Source: Rhynchopus sp. YZ270_cl-10 | Taxonomy: Eukaryota | Length of the DNA stretch: 64,000 nucleotides | Assembly (NCBI GenBank): GCA_964035575.1 | Contig: OZ037844.1 | Coordinates: 1,178,001 to 1,242,000, forward strand | Direction: 5' to 3' | Part shown: positions 46,101 to 57,975 of the stretch, piece after piece | How positions within the stretch are numbered: the first letter of the stretch is position 1 | Layout: every line of letters starts with the position of its first letter | Program-made: the position numbers and the translations under genes | Notes under the pieces: generated by a model | Seen by the model: only the letters and a program-made list of their open reading frames with translations | Told to the model about the DNA's origin: nothing | The model's database searches: none

Positions 46101-48108
46101 GTTGATGAACTCCAAGATCTCTTCTTTTGTGAAAGTCGGACTTTTTTTTGTACTCCCCTTTTTGTAGTTCTTTAGTAGCGTGGACAGTTTGGGATGCGCA
46201 ATCTGGAGCTTCTCGCCAAATTTGTCAGAGTAGATGGTGTTGAGGCGTGAGTAAACAGTCCAGATCGTATTCGGTGCGTAACCGGATTTCTTCAGGTTTT
46301 CAAACCAGGCAACGAAATCCTGCTCTGTCGGTTTGCGGCTCCTAATCCTGTTGTACTCGGTGAAGTCCTTCCAAGATTTCTCATAGAGCTCGCGGCTTTT
46401 TCCACCCCGAATCCTGTTGTATACCGATTTCATGTCCTCCGCATCACTGCGTGCAACCTGGTTGTCCTTCTTCGTGCGTCCCAAAAACGTGCGTGCCAAA
46501 TATTATAATATTACCCGGTACATGCAAAATTGGCTGTAAAGTAGCCGAAAATATAGAACCCATATTTACAACGTAACTGTAGGATTTGTGCAGAGGGACA
46601 ATATTTCCGAAAATAAAATCTGATTTTTTTTGTTAAAATCCATGAAAACCTCTTTATGTACTAAGGTTAAATCCTAATCATTTTTTTTTGCAAACTTTTC
46701 TCCATTTTACAGCTTGAGGGAAAAACCTTTGGCAAGGCGGCTGGATTTAAAGAGGTTAAGGGGAAGCAGGTTGGGGCAGGCGAGAGCGCTTCGAGAGAGG
46801 TTGTAAGCAAGAAGAAGGCGAAGGCTGCGTCACTTGCGGACACACCTACTCCTGCCGCCGCCTCCACAGCCCCATCGCCACCTGCGAAGAAGGCGAAGGT
46901 CCGCAGCGGGTCTGGCCCCGCTGCCGAGAAGTCGCTCCTCTCAAGCCCCCCTGCAGGCGCAGGCAAGGCTGCTCTCCGCTCCAAGACTTCTGCAGTCCCC
47001 AAGGCCACTTCCAACGGTGACGCAGGTGCTGCTGCCGCCGCCCCTTCCCCCAAAGCACTCAAGCCTGCAGTCAAAACACCCTCCGCCATCTCAATCGAGG
47101 TGCACCTGATCAGCGCCTCTGGCCTGACAAGCAAAGGGTCGCAAAACCCGTTCTGCGAACTCAAACTTCGTACTGTGTCGAATGGTGTTATTGGTTCGGA
47201 TCATCCTAACCCGCAAAAACAGGTATGGGAAAAAGGAAGAAGAGTCAGGTAGTGTCATGGTGTGTTGAGTGGCTGCTTTGGTTTCATTGGAGTATCCATG
47301 GTGTTTTTGTTGAAAAGATTTATGCAAAAGTGTCTACAAATAAAATGACACCCATTCACAGTCTTCGAAAGTGGTGAACAAGAGCCTCAGCCCGAACTGG
47401 GGGGAGAAGTTCAACTTCCACGTGCCTGGGCAAGACTGCGTGCGGATCAGCATCTTCGGGAAGAAGATGATGGGTAAAGACTACCTTGGCCGCGTAGACC
47501 TGCTCGCACCGAAGCTGGCTGAGGAGCTGGAGAAGGGCTCCCCAAGTGTAGTCAAGACCTACACAGTCAGTGGTGAAGACGAGAACAGAGGGCCCGTCTC
47601 AGGGACTGTGGTATGTGGTAATTTTTGTTATTTTTAAACGCAAACATGTAATGTTGGTGTCAGTGTGTGTGTTACTGGCAAGCAATCAATGAATCACAAG
47701 TTTATGCATTTTCTCCCCCCCCCATTTTTCAATCGTGCCTGAAATTCTAGAATTTAACTTCTATTTTATCAAAAAAATAGCCCCCCATTTTCAAGTCGGG
47801 AAGGAGGGTTGGGACTGCAGAATATTTTGAAGCCAAGTTTCTTAGCAACAGGAGCCTTGAATAATGACATTGAGGCATACATAAGGGGACCTATTGTTAA
47901 CAACACTTTTAAAAGGCTATTTTTTGTTTTGGGATTTTCTTTTATTTCCCTATTTACGATACAAGAAAATCAGCTATTATTACAACACGTATGGGTCAAA
48001 ACCCCCAAACCCCTTTTAACCCACGCTGGCTTATACCTCCTATGTCTTTTGGGTGCGTCTCATTCATACATTGCCTATACACAGGAAATCGGGCTCCGCT
48101 TGCTGTGA
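40114..48108 (+). CDS. Calpain-family cysteine protease (DUF1935-like N-terminus, CysPc, domain III-like, low-complexity linker, C-terminal C2); 8 exons
   Basis: Exons 40114-40284, 40632-41057, 41364-42020, 43400-43716, 45124-45361, 46713-47222, 47362-47610, 48085-48108, all GT-AG. Triad QGSLADCYF / CEHSYSV / LRNPWG. GLFWMCWED. C2 motifs LSPNWGEKFNF, KDYLGRV. Confidence 0.9.
40335..40382 (+). repeat. 48-bp dispersed mini-repeat (identical at 59414-59461, inverted at 63410-63457)
   Basis: ATAGTGGAGTTCATCCTCGGGTGTCTACACTAATACAACCAAGTTTTC between A-runs. Confidence 0.92.
42051..43105. mobile_element. Crypton-like non-autonomous element: IR-(TGTACTG)n-IR plus T-shaped foldback
   Basis: Imperfect IRs 42051-42126 and 42839-42910. 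Foldback 42917-43105 with two inner hairpins. Family label by analogy to 45545-46629. Confidence 0.6.
42214..42833. repeat. Perfect 7-bp tandem array (TGTACTG)~88
   Basis: Directly visible. Confidence 0.99.
43973..45051. mobile_element. hAT-like MITE in a calpain intron
   Basis: TIR CAGGCTATTTCCTAA. 8-bp TSD ATATTTTA at 43965-43972 and 45052-45059. Confidence 0.88.
45545..46629 (-). mobile_element. Internally deleted Crypton-like (tyrosine recombinase) DNA transposon in a calpain intron
   Basis: Foldback 45545-45674; IRs 45675-45713 and 46582-46619; TGATTTTTT at both ends; YR N-terminal ORF inside. Confidence 0.75.
46029..46499 (-). pseudogene. N-terminal core-binding domain of a Crypton-type tyrosine recombinase, truncated before the catalytic domain
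   Basis: KSRELYEKSWKDF...FVAWFENL...YAPNTIWTVYSRL...PKLSTLLK...KKSPTFTKEEILEFI resembles CryptonI/integrase SAM-like plus linker pattern (by recognition). Confidence 0.75.
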
Positions 48109-49049
48109 GAAACGTAGTTAGGGGGGGAAAAGAGGTCGTTTTGTCATGCACCGCCTTTCAAGGAAACAAAGAAGGCACAAAGTATAAACCCTGTCCGTTG
48201 ACGGGGGTTGGCTGTAGTCAACGTTTGCAACCTTCCTCTGTTTCTTCTTCTTCTTCTTCTTCTTCTTCTTCTTCTTTTATGATTTTCAAATTTCTCGAAA
48301 TAAGTGCTGTGTTATTTTCAATATGCGTATTCCATGTCAAAAAGAAAAGGAAAAAAAAGCAAAAAAAAGCAAAAAAAATACTCTTTGAATAGATGCAACA
48401 TTAAAAAACAAAACGGTAGGCGATTGTCGATACAAAAAAAAAGAAGAAGAAATTACCCAGTCAGGGGGGGAAAAAAAAATATGGAGGAAAGGGAGGAGGA
48501 GTGCGCAGGCAAATCGCTCTTTCTCTCTGGCTTGCCTCCCTCTCTCTCTCTCACCCTCCCCAATACAGAAATCTGTTTTTGTCCCCAGACTGCCCCCCTG
48601 TTTTGGATACGGAGTGCCTTTTGTTTTAAATAAAAAGTAATTTATTGCTTTTATCTATTCAAAAAAAAATATTTATTTATCAAAAACCCCTCTCTCTCAC
48701 CACCCGAACAGAATAAATGGGTGTGTCTTGTTTATTCAGCTGAAACTGTCTGTGTTCTCGAGCGAATTAAATGAGGAACATCACCGAAATCGTATTGTCC
48801 ACATTGAACGTCTTTCATTTTATTTACCTACCAATCCGTCTTTTTTTATAAAAAGAACGCGAAGAAAATGAAAAAAAAAGAAGAAAAAAAAAAGGCGTCC
48901 TGAATAATACGAGAGTGAAAAAAAAAAGACAAACGTTCCCCCATCTGTGTGTAAAAGTCGTTTATCCCCCCTTTTTTTTTACATTGTCACGAGAGGGCTT
49001 TGTATTTCATGTCAACATTTTTTATTGGCAGCCAAGCTGTATTTAGTTA

Positions 49050-52000
49050 CACGGCGGGGTCCACACACCCGAGGGTCCGTAAATTTTACGGACCCTCTTT
49101 ACGGACCCTCAAGTGCGGACCCGGGTCCGTAATTACGTACCCTAGGGTCCGTAATTACGGACCCTAGGGTACGTAATTACGTGGTCTAAGGTGGGAAATC
49201 ACTGTTTGGATGTGTGACTGCTGGTCGAAAAGCCCTGGGAGCAAACCGAGTGGTACACAGGTACCACATGATAGACCATGATCATGTGGGCCTATCCCAA
49301 GTTACATACCGAAAAAAGTCGTGAGCTCGGTTAGTTGTCAAAGACGTCTTCCACCATGCACTGAGGAGATAATGATCCAACAATTTACAAGAAAGATTAC
49401 TTAACCTACTGCTGGAAATTGCCAGGTCGTAGTAACACACAAAGTGTGCCTCCGTTCGGGAAGACCGGATATTCTAGAGACCAAAAAGGCCTCAAGAATA
49501 TCTTCCGGTAGTCAAGGTATAACCGAATGAACGGCCCAAGACCCCCGTGGAGAAGTTAAATGTTGTAATGCTATCAAGTAGAAACTGCGAACACTGTCTT
49601 ACCCTCCTCAATACATGGTGGAATATTTCTTTGACAACAAACCGAGCTCAAGAGTTTTTAAACTTCCCTGAGGGAATGCGAGACGCAAAATTTACCACCA
49701 GACCCTGTCTTCGTGCACCTTCGGTGCAACGCTGCAGACAGGCCAAACTGCGTTGGACTCAGAGGAATGCCTGCTGTGCAGTGTATCAATGAGAACCAAG
49801 TCCCAGCAACAAGGGGCGCCTTTTGGCGGGCGTTGTTGAGGGTGTTTGGGGTGCAAAGTTTTCCACAATTTTGATGCGCGGGTACAGAAGTGTTGTCTTG
49901 TTCTTTCATCTTTAGGAATGTAAATGTCAATCGCGTTTAACGACCACTAGGGCTTGTTCAGTGAACCCACAAGGGGTCGAAGGGGGTTGGTTATCCCATA
50001 GCTATCAAAGGTTGTGTCGACCAGGCTAATCCACTATGTTACGCTGTACGTTGTTAAATCCGAAGAAATAACACTTTAGCAGCCGCAGGAAGTTTGTTAA
50101 AAAGAGTGCCTCACGCTACACAAACCACCACCCGCGATTGACTTAGATGTTATAACAAAGAGAATTCAGAACAAAACAACACCCTGCCCCATACACACTA
50201 AATTGTCATGCTTCAAGAGCATGCCTGGGCCAAAATTACTGTTGACCAAAAAGGCAACAAGACCACCCACAAGGAGTGTGAATTGTGCACTGGTTTTCTG
50301 GGGGAACGCAATATTTTCTTGTGTCTAGTCCTCCGCAAGCAGAGGACAGACTTTCCGGAAGGTTTCCAAAGTCGAATTTCTTGCACTAGCTATGCTCCCT
50401 TGGTCAATGGCTATAGCAGTGACTGACTAAGTGTACCCACCCCCCTCCACCCAGATCTTCGTCCGCAAACTCAGAATAGATTGATGCGGGTAGATTTTGA
50501 GTTGTTGAATGTCGGACCGCGGTGAAGCTTCTCATCGCAATCGCGGGTGCAGTTCAGACTTCACGATCCTGTATAAGTGTAAATGTGGGGTGTGATTAAG
50601 TTATGGTATACAAACGTAGTAGTCGGGAAAGGTGAGGTTAATAAAAAAGGCTATTTATTGCCGTGAAATAAGATAGATTTTTTCCACGCTACAGGTCGAG
50701 AGAGTGACCTGCTGCACAAATGGTTCGAGTGAAGCGAGGTGAATTATGTGAAGCGGTAACGAGCGCCTGTGGAACCAAATAGAAACGTAACACTCATCAC
50801 ACGATAAAACCCATGGGAGAGGTTGTGGTGAAACGCACACACCTCGACCTGAGGAGTGGCTCTGCAGCGCGGTTCGTCCCCAGAACCGCAAGTGTGTTCA
50901 AAATGCTTTGTTTCTATTTCCTCCTTCATGTCATGAGGTGACACAAAATGATTGGTGCGTAAAAAAATAGCTATTTAATAGTGTGAACATTACGCGTTTA
51001 TTTCGAGTTGAAAACACGAACAAGTTGAAATATGCGGCATTTTTTTGTTCAATCTTCACTAGTAACTGAAAGTTAAACATAATTACATACCTTGTCTTCC
51101 CCGTAACCTGCGCCTTCGCTGCTTTTAAGGTGCTTTCTCTGGGTGCCCAGTACCCAGTACCCAGTACCCAGTACCCAGTACCCAGTACCCAGTACCCAGT
51201 ACCCAGTACCCAGTACCCAGTACCCAGTACCCAGTACCCAGTACCCAGTACCCAGTACCCAGTACCCAGTACCCAGTACCCAGTACCCAGTACCCAGTAC
51301 CCAGTACCCAGTACCCAGTACCCAGTACCCAGTACCCAGTACCCAGTACCCAGTACCCAGTACCCAGTACCCAGTACCCAGTACCCAGTACCCAGTACCC
51401 AGTACCCAGTACCCAGTACCCAGTACCCAGTACCCAGTACCCAGTACCCAGTACCCAGTACCCAGTACCCAGTACCCAGTACCCAGTACCCAGTACCCAG
51501 TACCCAGTACCCAGTACCCAGTACCCAGTACCCAGTACCCAGTACCCAGTACCCAGTACCCAGTACCCAGTACCCAGTACCCAGTACCCAGTACCCAGTA
51601 CCCAGTACCCAGTACCCAGTACCCAGTACCCAGTACCCAGTACCCAGTACCCAGTACCCAGTACCCAGTACCCAGTACCCAGTACCCAGTACCCAGTACC
51701 CAGTACCCAGTACCCAGTACCCAGTACCCAGTACCCAGTACCCAGTACCCAGTACCCAGTACCCAGTACCCAGTACCCAGTACCCAGTACCCAGTACCCA
51801 GTACCCAGTACCCAGTACCCAGTGTCTTCGAGAACCTAAAAATGCGTTTTGTTGAAATTTTCTGGCTTTTTCTGAACTTTTCCCAGCTACTTTTCTGGTC
51901 GTAGCCGACTTTTCTGATCGAGTAGCTATTTTCACTTTTCTGGTGTATGAGTAGGTTTTCTGGGTGGGAGACTGGATTCTGGGTACAGTGGTGTGTCTGG

Positions 52001-52901
52001 GCACCCAGGCACCTGGGTACTGGTGTATTTTCGGCCCAGGTACCCCGGTACACGGTACACTGGTGTACAAGGAAAAAAGTCGTGAAAAAGCAACCACAGC
52101 TCCACATGACAAACACAAAAGTGTCCAGTCACGTGGGGCATTCATGCACTGAGGAGATAATGATCCAACAATTTACAAGAAAGATTACTTAACCTACTGC
52201 TGGAAATTGCCAGGTCGTAGTAACACACAAAGTGCGCCTCCGTTCGGGAATACCGGATATTCTAGAGACCAAAAAGGCCTCAAGAATATCTTCCGCTGGT
52301 CAAGGTATAACCGAGTGAACGGCCCAAGACCCCCGTGGAGAAGTTAAATGTTGTAATGCTATCAAGTACAAACTGCGACCACTGTCTTACCCTCCTCAAT
52401 GCATGGTGGAAGATGTCTTTCACAACAAATATCCTGTACACAGGTACACAGATACACAGGTACACAGGTACACAGGTAAAACCCGTTAAAATTGTGTGTG
52501 AAAGTTAAAAATAGCTATATTTGCATTTTTCGCCCAGCATTGAGGACACATAGGCCCACCAAGGGCAATTTTGTGATGTCAAAAAAAATTTTTTTTCGGC
52601 CCAAAAATTGACTTGTTTTCGGTAAAACCCACTAAAAATTGTGGTACTCTAAACTGCGTTTTAGACCCCCACAGATGCTCAAAAGTGCCAAATTTTGCTT
52701 TTAATGGCCTCAAATCGTCGAAATTAGCCCTAAACGGGGGCAAAAAAAAATTTTCGAGAGTCCCTTTCCCTGGGAGGCTCCGTAATTACGTACCCTAGGG
52801 TCCGTAATTACGGACCCTAGGGTACGTAATGACACTCCGTAAAGAGGGAGTGTCCTAACATGCCGTTTTACGGACCCTCGGGGTGTGCGGACCCCGCCGT
52901 G
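49050..52901. mobile_element. Non-autonomous CACTA/CMC-like element
   Basis: TIR CACGGCGGGGTCC(A/G)CACACCC. 2-bp TSD TA. Subterminal GGGTCCGTAA repeats. Internal ~287-bp direct repeat at 49355-49641 and 52143-52429. Confidence 0.8.
51146..51823. repeat. Perfect 7-bp tandem array (CCCAGTA)~97
   Basis: Directly visible. Confidence 0.99.
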
Positions 52902-53550
52902 TAGGAGCGTTTTGTGATTGGGGGGGGGGGGGGGGGGGGAGGGAAGAGAGAAGGCAGAACATACCCCTTATCGTCGGTTCTGGATATGCAAAAGAAGGAA
53001 TATTAAAACAAAAAGGTGTGTGTCGCCCATCACTGTTCTTGGTGATTGTCGACACACTAAAAAAATAGCCTGAAGAAAAAAAAAAAATACCATTTATTTA
53101 GCACTATGTCGGTAGTGAAAAATTGAGATAGAGGAATGAAAACGGCTCCCATGCTGACCCCTATCTTGTGTGGTAGTGACTCATTTTTTGTTCTTCAGAT
53201 TATAACAATTTTTTTTTCTTCTTTTCTTTTCAAAAAAGCAGACGGCAAAAAGGGGTTCTTGAAATATCAAATCTTCGGTTAGGGGAGGGTGAAGAGGGGG
53301 GTATCTTTTTTTTACAATTTCACTTTTTTTTTCCCCCTCCCCATATTTTCTCCCCAGCAAAGTGCTTTAGATAGTACGGTGCTTTTTTTTTTTTTTTGAT
53401 TTTTTTTTGGTTGTGCTTTTATCTGGGGGTGGCATCGTACAGTAGGGTGCCTGCATGTGGGGTGCGTGCATCAAATGAATGTTACCATTTTACTGTTCGC
53501 AAGGATGACGTGTGTGTATGTCTTCATGTCATCTTGTGTTTTTTTTTTTT

Positions 53551-56500
53551 GTGTTATCAAGCATTGACGAATAGAAATGGAAAACGACGGATGGTGCGTG
53601 CCCGCTTTAGCGTATTGTTTTTCCACTAACATCACTCACATTCATCAGTGAAAAACACAATCCTTTTGCGGTGCGATAAACGAAAAAGTGTTTTCTTGTC
53701 TTTTTGTTTTTCTGCACTTTGAGTGTTTCCGGCCTTTCTTATCATTACACAAACTATGGAAAGACACTCGAACAACGCGCAAAAGAAGCCGCTGTGGTCA
53801 GCGTTGGCCCCGTTGACCGAAGCAGGAGGCCTCCCTTGAGTTGATCAACCTGATTACTCACATGCCTGGCATCCGGAGTACTGCCTGCCTCGCAGGTGCA
53901 GGAAACGGAGGTAAAGTACTTCTGAACACGGATCCTCCGTGGACGGTGAAGGAAACACCCATGCCCTTGCATGCTAACTCGGCTGGAAAGGAGCTGCAAC
54001 GCGCAGATCCACTGAGTGGGACGCCGGGACAAACTGCCAGGGCGGGAAAGGGTTCCGACGACGACTCCGAAGGTCCCCGTGGTCAATGATCAGGTCACTC
54101 CCGTGACACCACCACTGCCAGAGTTCACCCCAGAGTTGATGGATGTCATCGCTCGCATGCTTGATGAGAGAATAGCGTCCCAAGTACTGCCTGTCGCACA
54201 GGTGCAGGAACCGGAGAGAACAGTACTTCCTGACGCGGTCCATCCGCTGAAGGTGAAGGAAGGGCTCGCGCTAAGCATGTTAACCCGTTGGGCAGACCGC
54301 ACGCTGCAGTCTCACCGGGGGGGTAGTAGCCTGGGAAATAGGCAGAGGCGGGGAACTCACCCGAGGCGATGGACGGCTACAAATCCGAAGGCCCGTCAAT
54401 GATCAGGTCACTCCCGTGACATCACCACCGCCAGAGGTCACCCCAGAGTGGATGTCATCGCTCGCATGCTGGATGGGAGTCTAGCTTCCCAAGTACTGCC
54501 TGTTACACAGGTGCAGGAACCGGAGAATGCATCTGCAAAAGCCTCAGAGAAGAAGAAGGGGGCAACCACAAGAAGGAGGGAGACAAAGTCGCCAAGAAGG
54601 CCGCGGACACCAAGTCGGACGGAGGAAGGAAGACCCGCTGGACAGGTCGTCGGCAATGACGGACGCACAGCGGCGTTTAGATCTTCCACATTCAAATAAA
54701 AATTGTCCTCCCTCTCATATACGTCTTCCTCCCGCTTACCCTTTGCTGTCCCCACCCTCACACCTCACCACACTTTAAACCCAACCCTCCCTGCTCCCCA
54801 CGCACATTCCGTCACCACGCTGGCCCTGAGACGACCGAAACCAGGGAATAGCACTGAGCGTGGACGAGATGGAAGGTCTTGTGCTGGGGCCCAGGGCGAG
54901 ACTAGCGGGCGCTCTAGCGAAGGACACAACCGATTCAGTGGAGTCTGTCACCCGCGCCTTGTGGAGTTCTCAGGTTTTAATAGGAAAACTGTCGGGGTTT
55001 CTCCTGTGTACGACAGCGGTGGTTCGGTGGCTGACGCAGCTGCTGGAGTGGAAGGACCTGTCCGAATCTTCCGCCCTGCTGAGTACGGCAACAGTCACCC
55101 AGAGCCTGCCCTATACGTTGGTTGCTTCCAAGACACTGAGGGTGATGCATTCGAACAGCATGAGCAAGTCGTTGACACATTCTACGAGTGATTCACTGTC
55201 GCTACTGGTACGGCGTCGGTTTCGCTTTCACCTTCAACGATCCAGTCACTTTCGAAGAAGCGCGTCCATGTCGATGTCTTTTCCAACAGGCACTGCGAGT
55301 GCAACAACTTCGAGGAGTGCGTCATTGTCAGAGTCGCAAAATGCATCCAATAGTGAGTCGCTGACGGGGTCGTTGAGTAAAAGTGCGTCAATATCGTTGA
55401 GCTTGCCAACAGGGTCACAGACGCAGTCACATACATTGAGTCAGAGCAACACATTCAGCGCGACGTTTTCATACAGCTTGAGAAAGTCGTTGTCACTAAC
55501 GGAGAGCGCGTCCACGTCAATGTCTCTTCTAACGGGAACTGCGAATCTGAGGATGGGCCACCCGTCACGAGATTGCCCTCATGCTCACCCACATCCTGGA
55601 CAATTTCGAGCGTTCATTGCTGAAGGAGGGAGCTTTTCGTCCGAACACTCAGGTTCCACCTATCCTCCCACAACTACTTCACAGAGCAGTGAGAAGGCCG
55701 GTACCGCGATACTGAAGTTGGGATTCATACTGGCATGGTTCGGAGCAGCGAGATTCGCGGATCTCAAGGTCCTTCGGCGAGCCGGTCCAAGTGGGTGCAC
55801 GTCGGGAGCGGGGCCGTGGTTTAGAGCGGATCAAAGTCCGATCTTTCGTACGAGGCACAGCGACTTCCGGACTGGGCACAACGACTGCACGCAGACACAC
55901 TGACAAGCATCGCTACGGAGTCCCTCGTATTCAACTTTTCCCGCTACAGCTTCTTCAAGGTCTTGAAGCTTATCGTCCGAAGATTGACGGATCATTCAGT
56001 GAGGCGGGGCACTGCAGGAGCTGGCAAGAAGGGGACCTAGGAGCAGTCTTGCGCCGTCAGCCGGCACGACAGCACCAAGGCCCTTCTCCACTACATCTCG
56101 TAGCTCCTCATCATCGTGGGGGAAGTCAACTCACGGGATAGCTTAACCAAAATTGCCCTCCTGCGACAACATCTTCGCGGTAGGCCACATCCAAGCGCTT
56201 GGCATCCGGAGTACTGCCTGCCTCGCAGGTGCAGGAAACGGAGGTAAAGTACTTCTGAACACGGATCCTCCGTGGACGGTGAAGGAAACACCCATGCGCT
56301 CGCATGCTAACTCGGCTGGAAAGGAGCTGCAACGCGCAGATCCACCGAGTGGGAGATTTGCGTCGTCAACCGGCACGAGACCAAGAGCACATGACGCAAG
56401 GCCCTCCACTACTTCCCACAACTCCTCGTCATCGTGGGGGGAGTCAACCATTTCCGAGCTCTGGGCAGGGAATTTATGATAGGTACCGACCCCCAATACC

Positions 56501-57662
56501 GCATGGCTCCAAAGTGGGTGGACAAATCCCGCGAGACGTTAACGGTAGAATGCTGTACTGTCTGGCGTCTGCACAGAGAGGGTGCTGTACCACTTATTTG
56601 GGAGTGTGGTTTCGCAGACGTTCTGCTGTCGGGGACGACTGTGCACACTCCGACGTACCCTCCTCCTCATCAGCGACGTGGCGCGGGGCATCGACTCGGC
56701 CTACGAATGAGACGTCCTCGTGGAGTTTCCTCAAATGGTGAGACTTGAGCTGGCGTACCAACAACAGGTCATTCAGAAGAACGTCTGATCCACAAGGAGC
56801 CCACTAACACCATTGCGGGATGGTCTGATGCATCGTCGAGGGACCCTGGAGGGACCCCGGAAATGGTGTGCCTCCGCGATGTACGCTTTTTTGTGAGGGA
56901 GCTGCTCGCAGCTATCGGTCTCGTCCTCCTTGCGATCACGTACACAGATACAACGCACGCGCGTTCTTGTGGTACTTCGACAACTCTGCGGTAGTAGCGT
57001 GCTTCGAGAGGGGCCACAGCAGTAGCCATGTCGCGAACGAACTTTTGGAGTATTTTGTTCGGGGTGGCGGATGCGAGAGGATTTAGTTCTTGCTCTTATC
57101 GAGAACGTCCGCTGCTCAGACAGGGGTTCTTTATCTTCACCCGCTGGTCTGGCATCGAACTAGACACCTTTCGGTGATCCGCCTTTGAAGTGGGACCAGT
57201 TGACGATCCTTCCTTGCTTTGGGCTTTAAGCCAGGTTTTTCAAAGGTTTTCACACAGAAGGTGTCTTTTTGTCGGGTGCTCTGGACACTGGTGGTCGGAT
57301 CAGATGACGACTATCTTGTCCTTTGTACTCTCCCCTATGTTTGCAACATATAGTCTTGCACTGAACACATGACGAACCGTCACGTTGTTCAGTTACCTGG
57401 GGGTTTTGGGTGCGATAAACGAAAAAGTGTTTTCTTTATTTCATTTAACTGTCATATCCTGAAGTCGTTTTCTATTTTTGTGTTATCAAGCATTGACGAA
57501 TAGAAATGGAAAACGACGGATGGTGCGTGCCCGCTTTAGCGTATTGTTTTTCCACTAACATCACTCACATTCATCAGTGAAAAACACAATCCTTTTGCGG
57601 TGCGATAAACGAAAAAGTGTTTTCTTTATTTCATTTAACTGTCATATCCTGAAGTCGTTTTC

Positions 57663-57669
<7 letters not shown>
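53551..57669 (+). mobile_element. Degenerate YR retrotransposon (VIPER/Ngaro-like) with split direct repeats
   Basis: A1 53551-53697 = A2 57480-57626; B1 57409-57479 = B2 57599-57669. YR-like LAWFGAARFADL (~55730-55765). RNase H-like WSDAS / RELLAA / FDNSAVVACFERGHSSS (~56820-57050). Confidence 0.8.
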
Positions 57670-57699
<30 letters not shown>

Positions 57700-57975
57700 A
57701 GTTGTCTTATTAGCACATACATTGCTCTATCCCTATACCCCGTTCTGCATTCATAAAAGGCACTGTTTGCAACTGCCAAAGTTTTCAGGAAAGTGTCTCA
57801 GACCATTCTCCATTCAAAGAAAAAAAAAAATGGTTCCCCTTTTTCTCCCTCTCTCCCCGTTTTTTGTTTTTTTTTTGTGACTGCGTCAAATACAAAAAAG
57901 CAGGGTTTACGCTGAAAATAACCCTGAAAAAAGAGGGGAAAAAAGCAAAAAAAAAAAAAAAAAACGTGATGGGGA

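Noticed and set aside
53495..53512. U6 snRNA-like CGCAAGGATGAC
   Set aside because: Only 12 nt match, with no ACAGAGA box or flanking U6 sequence.
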